A stretch of 64,000 nt of DNA, taken from the NCBI RefSeq assembly GCF_022045235.1, contig NW_027266270.1, positions 36,704,001 through 36,768,000 of the forward strand, read 5' to 3'. The stretch is from Haliotis cracherodii. Taxonomy: Eukaryota. The notes under the pieces were generated by a model, which worked only from the letters and a program-made list of their open reading frames with translations, had not been told where the DNA came from and made no database searches. This document shows positions 24,739 to 37,300 of the stretch, in pieces (the first letter of the stretch is position 1; every line of letters begins with the position of its first letter). The translations under genes and the position numbers were made by a program.

Positions 24739-27700
24739 GATCATCACTCACAGAAGTGTTTAGTCATAGCATGCACTACGATCATCTCTGACAGATGTGT
24801 TTAGTCATAGCATGCACTACGATCATCACTCACAGATGTGTTTAGTCATAGCATGCACTACGATCATCACTCACAGATGTGTTTAATCATAGCATGCACT
24901 ACGATCATCGCTCACAGATGTGTTTAGTCATAGCATGCACTACGATCATCACTCTGACAGATGTGTTTAGTCATAGCATGCACTACGATCATCACTCACA
25001 GATGTGTTTAGTCATAGCATGCACTAGAATCATCACTCACAGATGTGTTTAGTCATAGCATGCACTACGATCATCACTCACAGATGTGTTTAGTCATAGC
25101 ATGCACTACGATCATCACTCACAGATGTGTTTAGTCATAGCATGCACTACGATCATCACTCTGACAGATGTGTTTAGTCATAGCATGCACTACGATCATC
25201 ACTCACAGATGTGTTTAGTCATAGCATGCACTACGATCATCTCTCTGACAGATGTGTTTAGTCATAGCATGCACTACGATCATCACTCTCACAGATGTGT
25301 TTAGTCATAGCATGCACTACGATCATCACTCTCACAGATGTGTTTAGTCATAGCATGCACTACGTTCATCTCTCTCACAGATGTGTTTAGTCATAGCATG
25401 CACTACGATCATCACTCTGACAGATGTGTTTAGTCATAGCATGCACTACGATCATCTCTCTGACAGATGTGTTTAGTCATAGCATGCACTACGATCATCT
25501 CTCTCACAGATGTGTTTAGTCATAGCATGCACTACGTTCATCTCTCTGACAGATGTGTTTAGTCATAGCATGCACAACGATCATCACTCACAGATGTGTT
25601 TAGTCATAGCATGCACTACGATCATCACTCACAGATGTGTTTAGTCATAGCATGCACTACGTTCATCTCTCTCACAGATGTGTTTAGTCATAGCATGCAC
25701 AACGATCATCACTCACAGATGTGTTTAGTCATAGCATGCACTACGATCATCACTCACAGAAGTGTTTAGTCATAGCATGCACTACGATCATCACTCTCAT
25801 AGATGTGTTTAGTCATAGCATGCACTACGATCATCACTCTCACAGATGTGTTTAGTCATAGCATGCACTACGATCATCACTCACAGATGTGTTTAGTCAT
25901 AGCATGCACTACGTTCATCTCTCTCACAGATGTGTTTAGTCATAGCATGCACTATGATCATCACTCACAGATGTGTTTAGTCATAGCATGCACTACGATC
26001 ATCTCTCTGACAAGATGTGTTTAGTCCTAGCATGCACTACGATCATCACTCACAGATGTGTTTAGTCATAGCATGCACTACGTTCATCTCTCTCACAGAT
26101 GTGTTTAGTCATAGCATGCACTATGATCATCACTCACAGATGTGTTTAGTCATAGCATGCACTATGATCATCACTCTGACAGATGTGTTTAGTCATAGCA
26201 TGCACTACGATCATCTCTCTCACAGATGTGTTTAGTCATAGCATGCACTACGTTCATCTCTCTGACAGATGTGTTTAGTCATAGCATGCACAACGATCAT
26301 CACTCACAGATGTGTTTAGTCATAGCATGCACTACGATCATCACTCACAGAAGTGTTTAGTCATAGCATGCACTACGATCATCACTCTCATAGATGTGTT
26401 TAGTCATAGCATGCACTACGATCATCACTCTCACAGATGTGTTTAGTCATAGCATGCACTACGATCATCACTCACAGATGTGTTTAGTCATAGCATGCAC
26501 TACGTTCATCTCTCTCACAGATGTGTTTAGTCATAGCATGCACTATGATCATCACTCACAGATGTGTTTAGTCATAGCATGCACTATGATCATCACTCAC
26601 AGATGTGTTTAGTCATAGCATGCACTACGATCATCACTCTCATAGATGTGTTTAGTCATAGCATGCACTATGATCATCACTCACAGATGTGTTTAGTCAT
26701 AGCATGCACTACGATCATCTCTCTGACAAGATGTGTTTAGTCCTAGCATGCACTACGATCATCACTCACAGATGTGTTTAGTCATAGCATGCACTACGTT
26801 CATCTCTCTCACAGATGTGTTTAGTCATAGCATGCACTACGTTCATCTCTCTCACAGATGTGTTTAGTCATAGCATGCACTACGATCATCACTCACAGAT
26901 GTGTTTAGTCATAGCATGCACTACGTTCATCTCTCTCACAGATGTGTTTAGTCATAGCATGCACTATGATCATCACTCTCACAGATGTGTTTAGTCATAG
27001 CATGCACTACGATCATCTCTCTGACAAGATGTGTTTAGTCCTAGCATGCACTACGATCATCACTCACAGATGTGTTTAGTCATAGCATGCACTACGTTCA
27101 TCTCTCTCACAGATGTGTTTAGTCATAGCATGCACTACGATCATCACTCTCACAGATGTGTTTAGTCATAGCATGCACTACGATCATCACTCACAGATGT
27201 GTTTAGTCATAGCATGCACTACGTTCATCTCTCTCACAGATGTGTTTAGTCATAGCATGCACTATGATCATCACTCACAGATGTGTTTAGTCATAGCATG
27301 CACTATGATCATCACTCACAGATGTGTTTAGTCATAGCATGCACTACGATCATCACTCTCACAGATGTGTTTAGTCATAGCATGCACTACGATCATCACT
27401 CTCACAGATGTGTTTAGTCATAGCATGCACTATGATCATCACTCACAGATGTGTTTAGTCATAGCATGCACTATGATCATCACTCACAGATGTGTTTAGT
27501 CATAGCATGCACTACGATCATCACTCTCACAGATGTGTTTAGTCATAGCATGCACTACGATCATCACTCACAGATGTGTTTAGTCATAGCATGCACTACG
27601 ATCATCACTCTCACAGATGTGTTTAGTCATAGCATGCACTATGATCATCACTCACAGATGTGTTTAGTCATAGCATGCACTACGATCATCTCTCTGACAA

Positions 27701-28000
27701 GATGTGTTTAGTCCTAGCATGCACTACGATCATCACTCACAGATGTGTTTAGTCATAGCATGCACTACGTTCATCTCTCTCACAGATGTGTTTAGTCATA
27801 GCATGCACTACGTTCATCTCTCTCACAGATGTGTTTAGTCATAGCATGCACTATGATCATCACTCTGACAGATGTGTTTAGTCATAGCATGCACTATGAT
27901 CATCACTCACAGATGTGTTTAGTCATAGCATGCACTACGATCATCTCTCTGACAGATGTGTTTAGTCATAGCATGCACTACAATCATCACTCTCACAGAT
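24739..28000. repeat. 41/43-bp satellite, about 3.3 kb (roughly 78 copies)
   Basis: Unit CACAGATGTGTTTAGTCATAGCATGCACTACGATCATCACT with or without an extra CT; highly homogeneous. Confidence 0.97.
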
Positions 28001-29019
28001 CTCATAGAAATAAGTGTGCTGTATTCCTCTTTTCAGGAGTTCTGTCATGAAATGACGCAGTATTTGAGGAACGAATTAGCTTTCCAATTTTCAATTCTGT
28101 AAGCTCAGCAGAAGGGTCGATATGATATATTCAGTTAAGGAAATGTGAATGTACAGGTTTCTTGGTGTGGAACCCTGTCATTAGCTAATCACAATCAGAA
28201 CTGAGTATTCACCAAGTCATGGCACAATGTATTGTCTATTATGAATGTTTTAAATGAACATCTTTCTATATATAACACTTCAGTTGCATCTTCTTTTGTA
28301 TGTTTATTGTTCAGGATACAGAAAACATTAAGCATGTTAAGTAAATCCGCTTTGTTTGATGTGAATACGTTTGTTATGAATATTTCTACATGTGGGATGG
28401 ACGTATACAAGTTGTTTTTTTCTATCAAAGAAATAGTAACTGTACATACTATTACATAAAAAAAATTGCAAGTGGTCCCGTGGCATTTCCTTGGCATTGT
28501 TTGCGTTTATGTTTCCTTAAACAGAAATATACTTACACCCCGCCCGTCATGGACTTGTGTTTACTGGTAGGCTGATAACAGGATGTTTGGGGCTTGAGTT
28601 GCAGTATTACACCGAACGATGTCACTCATTTCAACTTGTTGTCTTCAGCTTTTGTGATAATGAATACATAAGCAGCCTGTGAAGTTATGATTGTTGACGT
28701 TACTCAAATTGTTGTCTCGGATTGATGATTGACAGCTTATCGACATCTTTGATTTATAGGTATTACGTAGTCACCATCTCCCATTCATCTACTAATTACA
28801 TTTGTCAATGGTCATATAATAGCACTGTTACTAAAATCTGTTCTTAATCGGGTATGAGTTTGTTTTAATGATATTTATTGTTTGTACAATGTACTGTTCT
28901 TATAATAAGACATCATTTTAAAGTTTCAATTACAAGGTTCAAGGAGGAATGTTGTGGTGGTTTGAATAAAATTATAATACGAAAAGTGAAAAAAAGTTAA
29001 TCAAAGACCATGATAATTG

Positions 29020-29170
29020 AGTGAGTGAGTATAGTTTTACTCCACTTTTAATAGCAATATCACGGCAGGGGACACCAGAAATGAGCTTCACACATCGTAC
29101 ACATGTCGGGAATCAAACACAGGTCTGTGTGAGAGCGAATGCTTTAACCACTAGGCTACCCGACTGCCCC
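29020..29170 (-). mobile_element. tRNA-derived SINE (family A)
   Basis: Reverse complement of the family A consensus with (GAGT)n tail and GGGGCAGTCGGGTAGCCTAGTGG head. Confidence 0.82.
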
Positions 29171-29693
29171 AAAAAGATCATGATAAAGTAGCATGAGATA
29201 TACCGTCCGGGGATTGTAAAAACTAACAGGTTCCCATAAAAGTCCCAATTAGTATCCGCGGAGACTCCCTATAGTAGCTCCACAGAGTGTTTGCGTACAT
29301 ACTCAGACATTTTTCAAACATTCTGTGGAGTAAATGTGTAGATCAGCAGAAATTTTACAAAATTCCCATGGAGTTTCTGCATAGGCTACATGGAAATTTT
29401 GCAAAATAAGGTAAAAGGCTTTTGTCATGTTGTGTATGTATTTATAAGAATTGACTTCCGTATGGTTTTCCTTTATGCTACGAGGATTTACAAAGTATTT
29501 ACACTTGTTTTTACATTTATATCTCCATAAACACAAAGTATTGGAGTCAATTCTTAAACAAAGTTTAAAATCATATCACACAATGAAGTTTTAACATATT
29601 TCACTTTGATGATAGATTACCAGTGATCAATCGATGACATGATGTTTTTTCGATCAATTGAAGACAACTAATATATGTTGGGTAGATAATTAA

Positions 29694-31684
29694 AGGGGCA
29701 CTGATCTAATGCCATTCCCCGGACTGGTTGTTGCCTTTGTTATTGTTTTTTCCCCCGTGAGTACCCGGATGATACTCAACGCAACTGAGCGTGACCAGAG
29801 ACTGGGCTACCGTCTGCAAGGACAGCTAAATAAACTTGGAGGCTGGAGGCAATATTTGTTTTACGCATTTTTGCATAAACACTGATTGGTTAACTGTGAT
29901 CTATAAAGATTCGACAAAGGGCGCATGTTAAATGATTTCTTCAGCCTAAACAAACAGACAAAAAGAACGGCGGAGCTCATCGGAAGTCGTAATTTGGAAA
30001 TACCCCAGATGGTTATAGTTTAATACTAAAGAAAGTATCCATGCAGTGAAAGCATTTTCGGATTTCGGATTGTGTAATACGATTACTACTCCCTTGTTGT
30101 CATACACGTTTTCTCGTATAACCCTACACTTGTGTATTTGTCATCATTCACTTGATGCTCAGTTAATGAATTTATTACAGGTACAATTAGTGGTAGCACC
30201 ACTTAGATTACCTGACAAAGGTTCTCATTTGGCATTTATTGTGTCTGGGGTAATTATTCAATCTAAATCCAGGCTTGAAGTGAGGTTATGTAATATGCAC
30301 GTGGCAGCCCAGCAAGAGATGAATGATCAGTTGATTTACTTTTTTTGTAAATCAACGGATCGTTCCTAGTCATCAAAGGATTAACAGAAAATACGTTGAT
30401 TGATTAATCACTGTTATCTTGCACAGTGGATATGTCAAAAGTGAGTGTTTACATGTCTAGGTTTACTAAAACAAAGGGAATACACTCATATCATGGCCTG
30501 AAGTGCCGATGTAAAAACAACATACAATTTGTTCAAAGGGTTAACTGATAATACGTTGATTGGTTGCTCATTGTTATCAAACTCAATGGATTTTTTAGGA
30601 ACCGTCGACGTAATGAAAATAGTTGTCACGTGGCCTTTCTCAGCCGACCCTTGAGACTTGACACCCGAAACGATATATATCTTTTAGAATATTTGATAGT
30701 TAAAGAGACAAGTGACATCGAATAAGTTATTTTGTATAGCTGCAGACAAGTGGGATATTATTCCTTTGTGTAGATATTCGCGGATACATTCCTCGAATAA
30801 GGAAGCTGCCTATTTATACACATAAATTTGGTAAGTTGTAATTATGGTATTTGCATTTTGTTTTCCTTCATTTGAACCGATTCGTTCTTGTTTTTCTACG
30901 TCTTGGTTGGGAATTTCTTCAATGCGCGATAGACGTTGTTTTCACAGGTCATTTCCTTTGTAAGCGTGTATAGATTACCGTCAATTTGTAAAATGTGATT
31001 CTCTCAGGCAATTTTTAAAATGTGTAAATATTTCAGTCATTTTGACTAAAAAATCTGTCCAGATTGATTAAGACGATCAAAAGGGCCTACAAACATCACA
31101 ACAGATTATTATGTAGGATTAGAAGCCAAACAACATAGAAATGTACTTTTCAACGTAACATTTTCAGTCTCTTGGTGATGACATTAAACATCAAAATGTT
31201 TGGAATTCGTTATCATAATAATACAGATGGAAATGTTTTTCAGTCACTTTGTAAAATAACTGAATATTTAGACGTTTAATAAATATGTTACACATTTTGA
31301 CAGTAAAAAAATATACACAGTATAAAAAAAGCAATGCTCAGGTGAAATATTTACTTTGTGTTGCAAGTCAAAATAGTGTAAACGAAAATCGCAAAATTAC
31401 CAAGCAAGTGACTTATCAAAACTTTGTCACCATTACCGATGCTACCCACAAAGATGCATACATTTCCTTATTATCTCGAAAACTGTATATCATTTTGTTG
31501 ATCAATGTGACCATACGCTCTTATTACTACCGGTATCCATAAAAGTGACTAATGCGCTTACGAATGGCGCAACAGAGGTCGCGAGCTAGTCTAGATTTCT
31601 GCTCTACATCCGGGTACTCACTGGGAAAAAACAATAACAAAGGCAACAACCAGTCCCGGGGAATTGCGTTAGATCAGTGCCCCT
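29694..31684. mobile_element. Kolobok-type non-autonomous DNA transposon (about 2 kb)
   Basis: About 75-bp imperfect TIRs AGGGGCACTGATCTAA..GACTGGTTGTTGCCTTTGTTATTGTTTTTTCCC..GTGAGTACCCGGATG; TTAA TSD on both sides; 5'-AG...CT-3' termini; no long ORF. Confidence 0.82.
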
Positions 31685-32202
31685 TTAAGTTCTCTCGCAC
31701 AAAGAATAAATTTATCTCTGTGTGAAATTTGTCCGTATAAAGCGTCCTTCAGTCAACTGTTTTGTTCATCTGTCAAGGGAAGAGATGATGCTCCATGCTG
31801 GTTGTTTGTGATTCAATTGAAGATATCTGTAATTCCGTAATAAATGTGAAAACGGCTTGCCATACCATGTATACTGGATGTAGAAACCGGTCAGTGTGTT
31901 GGAAAACGGGACCATGTAATTGATAATAATAACAAACTAACAGACGAGGCCGAAGGTGGCCTTGTCTACGACTTTTTTGGCGAGTTTTTTTATTATGATT
32001 ATTATTAGTTACATGGTCCTGTGGTTGGGATGACTGGGGATATCACACTGTGTCTGAACATTTGCTCAACCATTTAAGCGCACCTGCTTATGTTCATATT
32101 ATGAATTCGTTGTAAACAATAAATACAAATACCACTTTCTACACGAAAGATGCATTCATTAACACGTTTTATAAAACACAACAGAGTTGCAAACTGTCTT
32201 AC

Positions 32203-32260
32203 CTACAGTGTTTCTAAAGGAAAAGCGTCATGTTGTCAAAGAAGCCATGTTTTCACCGGA
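32203..32260 (-). other. TTLL1: Probable non-coding first exon of TTLL1
   Basis: Strong donor CTGTAG|GTAAGA at 32203/32202, next to the ETS-motif promoter. The TTLL1 ATG exon has an acceptor just upstream, so a 5' UTR exon must exist; assigning it here is inference. Confidence 0.5.
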
Positions 32261-32453
32261 AGTGCATTACGAAATAATCTCGTCTAAATAATTCCCAACA
32301 TCCCCATGCTTTCCTAATAATTTATTCATGTAGGCCATAAACTATCCGTTTCTGAAAAAATACCGATGTTTTTTAATATTATTGAAGCTCGGGATATTCC
32401 GACAATACCGGAAGTTTATAATAACCGGAAATGATACATCATTGGAAAGAAAA
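32250..32453. promoter_or_regulatory. Putative bidirectional promoter TTLL1/TMEM41B
   Basis: ETS/GABP-like CCGGAAGT at 32256 and 32408 and CCGGAAAT at 32425, between two divergent first exons about 200 bp apart. Confidence 0.55.
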
Positions 32454-32613
32454 ATGGAAGACGAAGGAACACCGGTATCTGCTAAGTATCGCGGGACGTC
32501 CTTTCAAGGTAGTCTGCCTGCAAGCCCTTTGGGCGCAACACCCAGGCCTCCATTACGACAGAAGTATTCAAAATCACGTTATGCAAGTCGCCATGTGTCC
32601 GAGTATGATTTGA
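32454..32613 (+). CDS. TMEM41B: TMEM41B coding exon 1
   Basis: AAAAATGG start; MEDEGTPVSAKYRGTSFQGSLPASPLG...; donor TTGA|GTGAGT in phase 1 joins exon 2 in frame. The N-terminus itself is not recognisably conserved. Confidence 0.7.
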
Positions 32614-33011
32614 GTGAGTGGTAGAAACGAGCACTGCTGTCATTCTCTCAGTCTATCCTCTGCAAATGCATGAGTGCTTTTTGGCAGCTTCTGTGAATGA
32701 GCGATGTTAGTGATCAGTGTGTGCTAGCATGCTTATGTTGTGATAATAATTTGTTGTGTTAAATGTAAATTTAATTCCATGGGATACAGCTACTAACGAC
32801 ACAGTGGTGAGTAGCGGAACAGGAATACTGGCGCAACATGTGGCCCCAGAAACAAAACTAATAATGGTGGGGAAACACAGGACAGTCACTGTCGTTATCA
32901 GGCCTGGACGCTCAATCAGATTTCAAGGCAGACGGAAATTTCAATGCTACACTCAGATGACTGGGTATTAAACTTTTTTTTTGACTTGCACGAAAAGAAT
33001 GGTAACTCTTT

Positions 33012-33160
33012 TTCCTGGTGGTTAAAGCGTTCGCTCGTCACGCCTAAGACCCGGGTTCAATTCCCGACATGGGTACATTGTGTGAAGCCCATTTCTGGTG
33101 TCCCCTGCCGTGATATTTCTGGAATATTGCCAAAAGCTGCGTAAAACCATACTCACTCAC
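33012..33160 (+). mobile_element. tRNA-derived SINE (family A), 5'-truncated
   Basis: GTGGTTAAAGCGTTCGCTCGTCACGCC...GGTTCAATTCCC...(ACTC)n. Confidence 0.85.
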
Positions 33161-34170
33161 TTTTTCAAAGGGATATAATTCTTCATTTGCACCTTTGCCT
33201 GGAGGTTTCAGTGATGCCCTCAAATTACAATGTATGTTATTATCACACTCAAATCACCATACACCTGTTAATCACATGGCAAGGAAGTTGACCCATGGTG
33301 TATTTTCAAACAGGTGGCAATATTTCAAGTGCAACCTTTAGACACATTGTCTCTGTTAAATGCCGTAAATTTTAAAAGTGCAGAAATGGAAAGCGTTCTT
33401 CACTAATCTGTTATTTCTTTCATCAAAAGTTCTCAAATTTCAAAAATGGATCATACCTTAAAGTTTGAATACAGCAGTCAGGGGGACCTAGCACAGTAAT
33501 GATTTGATTGGTTTCTCTGGATCTTCTGATGTCTTATCGCAATGAATTGTAAACTAAATTTGTTGAAAACAAAACTTTGCTGTATTGTTGGATATACAAG
33601 GTGTTACTAGGTGAAAGTAAGCCTATGGCAAATCATGATGATACAAGGGTAGTGTTTGAAACTCCAAGTAATTTGAAGGCGACACTGAAATTTACATACA
33701 CACTGAAATCTGGTGTTGTGTCCAGACCTGTATAAAGATGGATACTTGACAATCTGTACCCACTGAAAATGGCTAACTAGTACCTAAAATTGCCATCAAA
33801 TTCATACCTGTAAAGTGTCGTGAAACATTCATACTTTATTTGTCTGACTAGTGCACAAATTTGGTTGACCCCTGTATATAAATTTGGATGACAAAATTGA
33901 CATGTACCCATCTATTTTTTTTAAGCAAGATGCCTGAAACAGGATTGCTTTTATCATTTGGGATTGTAAAAATGACTAAAGTATATGTTCATGAACATTT
34001 ATTCACAGCACTAAACATGCTAAATTCACATATTCTGGCATACACTTTCATAGAGACTTTAATAGCATTTTTTTCATAGCACAATTTTCACACATTAAAA
34101 CATTTTGCGCACTTTAAATTCACTAAGGCCCGTACATTCATTATACATTTCAAACAATCTTTATATGTTT

Positions 34171-34335
34171 GGGGGCGGCCGGGTAGCCTAGTGGTTAAAG
34201 CGTTGGCTCGTCATGCCGAAGACCCGGGTTCGATTCCCGACATGGGTACAGTGTGTGAAGCCCATTTCTGGTGTCCCCTGCCGTGATATTGCTGGAATAT
34301 TGCTAAAAGCGGCGTAAAACAATACTCACTCACTC
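34171..34335 (+). mobile_element. tRNA-derived SINE (family A), full length
   Basis: GGGGCGGCCGGGTAGCCTAGTGG (A-box), GGTTCGATTCC (B-box), shared tail and (ACTC)n. Confidence 0.9.
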
Positions 34336-37300
34336 ATTATATATTTATAAACATTCATTGGTGATTTGTGAATTACTAGTTAACAAATCAGTGTCTGACA
34401 CAAGTTGTGACATATGATTCTAGTCCGATTCTAGTCATCTTCATGTGGCCTGGTTATTACAGACCAAAGTTTCAGATGCCTGTGATGTTGAACTTCGCAT
34501 AAAGTTTCCATGTGTTCGGATTCATCCAGTTGATCAGGTACAAGTGAGTTCGGGTTATCCAACATTTGTGTTTGAGTCAGCCCCCCTCTCCCCCCCCCCC
34601 ACCAAATGGGGAGGGATCTCCAGGGGTAGGGATTGTCCAGTTCCCGTATAGACAAGCATTGCTGATAATAAATGATAAGATTATTGAATTTATCAAAGAG
34701 GGATCAGATGTTTTTTGTTAGAAAAGCTTTAAAAAATATAAACAGAACTGAACATTTTGAATTCAGCTGATTATATTCTGATGTTCTTTTGCATCATTTT
34801 CTTTGCATGGGTAAACACTCGAACAAATAAAGCATGCCTCTTGCCAATGACAATGTGACTGTATATACATTTGTGATCAATGCACTTAACATGCTTAATT
34901 GATATGTGGTGCTAGTACTATTAAACACCAGCATGTTATGGATGGAAATTGATAACCAGATTAAGCTCTTTTTCATATGTATAGCCTGTTTGTTGTTAGT
35001 ATTTCAAACATTTTAACTAAAAAGTTACAAGAATAACTGGCATCATAACACATTACCATTTGTTACCAGTTGATTACCATAATTAGGCTTTTAATTGCCA
35101 GGTGATAAAATGAAAGTTCACTTGAGTTTTTCATAGTAATCTCTTTAATGTGTAGTTAGTTGGCAATCTTCTAAACTCTGTTACTCTGATGCAGTACACC
35201 TCTGCATGAAGATCTGACATCTCTTAGGAGGTCGCAGCAAGGGAACTTCTGACCAGCATGATCAGAATCAAGGCTTCTAACTTCTCAGTACAGATGAACA
35301 AAGCATTTAGACAGCATATCTAATTTCTGTATCTCAAAAACAAAGTTAATGAGCCCATGCTGAATGTAAATGATTAAAGCCTTGCCCTCATATTATTGTG
35401 GATATTTTATACACTCTGTTGTTGCTGAGCGTCATGGCAAAACGAGAATACCACCAAACAAATATTTGTGTTCTGTGTGGATTTTTCATTTATTAAAATT
35501 GACATTTTTAAATCAGCGTAGTAAACAATTGTTTTTAGGAAGCTGACATCTGATTAGCTCGAGAACCTGTGCATCCTTCATGTTGATTGTATAGTAAAAG
35601 TCTACTCAGGGTTTATCTGCCACAACCTTCTACTCCGATGTTGTCAGATCATCACACAGGGAGGTATCGTGTCATTTAAAAGATCTTTTTTAGTGATGTA
35701 TTGTGGAGGTTCGCCTTAATTATTTTATTTAAATTTATCAATTGGTGGGTCATTTGTGGTTCAAATAAGAAAAGACTTGTGTAGATCTGTAAACCAAGTG
35801 ATACATAGGATAAGTGCTGGCAGGGTCATTGACCCCTCGTGAACACTTACATTTCCTAAAAAGATAAGTAATATAAGTACCATTTCACCAACGTATCAAT
35901 GTTTCCGATACCTTATCCATAAGTAATAACATCATCTGAATGATCATGATAAAATAAATGTCTCAAAGTAATTACCATGATTAACACATCATTAGCTTTA
36001 ACCCATACCCTGAAATATAGATGGAAATATGAGTCCACCCATCAATAGTACCAGATGTGATATGCCGCTCATAGATCCAGTATCTCTCACTGAAAGCTAC
36101 CTTACAGAAGTAACGTTGAATCAATTTTGTGTTACATCAGCCAGGTTCTGATGTAGTTCTCATTAACATGAAAAAGTTTTAATTGAAACAGGATGTGTAG
36201 GAATGGATAAAATGAAGGGCGATAAAAAAGTGAAAATAAGTATCATTACTTTATCTGCCCCAAATTTGATGCCATAGTTGTAAATATAATCAAGAAATAC
36301 TACTTTGTAAACAGTGGAAACAGTGTTAGATATATAACATTCCTATTGTTTGTGCAGCTCGTGTCGGTCACAGAGAGGGTACATGGTATAGCAGATATAC
36401 AAATACGTGCTTCAGCATGGCTAGGCATGCTCCATGTAGCATATATAGATATTGGGTGTAGACACTACTGAATTATATCATGTATATTGTTGCTTACCTG
36501 GGTTGCTGACCGTTCTTGTACCAGGTGTGAAGGAATGTTCTGTCTGTCATGTGATGTGATTTCAATGTACGTTCTGCACCGTCTGCTGCTGCTTTCTAAC
36601 TGTTGTTTTGTGGTATGTATGGGTGAGTGAGTGTGGATCAAGCATCAATCATATTCCCATATCCCATTGGTGACACTGACCCACTACATTTTAACCCCTT
36701 CCTGTAGAGACTACTAGAGCCATAACAACATGTAGTCCTAACCCTTGTAACCATGGTAACCTGTCCTAACCCTTGTAACCATGGTAACCTGTTTGACAAA
36801 TGTATTCATGATGACAATTTCAAAATTTCAACTTTGTCTCAAAATGTTGATAGAGATTTATCAGTATCCAACCTTGGTGATGGTAAGGTCACCATTTCTC
36901 AGTTGTTTTTGTGCTGATATTATCACAGGGAATATACCAACTGAAAACCCATGTGCCAAGTTCCATGTCTCACATGGAAGAAAAGATAACAAGAAGGTTC
37001 TATTGCCTGAATCGACCACCTTGGTTTGTAAGCACCTTATCCATCTGCAACACTTCAGGCTTCCTCCTACATCAAATTAACACATTGTGATGTGAATAAA
37101 ATACTTTCCATAGCAGCATTAAACACCACTCTCACTCACTCACTCACTCACTCACACACTCACTCACTCCGCAATCAGACATTTTAAACATTGAAATCAC
37201 TCTCACTCACTCACTCACTCACTCACTCACTCCGCAATCAGACATTATAAACATTGAAAAGTCCCGAAAAATATGAGACATACCACATCTTGATTCAGTT

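Noticed and set aside
24739-28000. CRISPR-like appearance of this and other regular arrays
   Set aside because: Head-to-tail units with no unique spacers, no cas genes, and a eukaryotic intron context.
34171-34245. tRNA gene calls at SINE heads (also 47381, 53700, 60544)
   Set aside because: A/B boxes continue into a shared SINE body and microsatellite tail, with a TSD in one case, so these are not stand-alone tRNAs.
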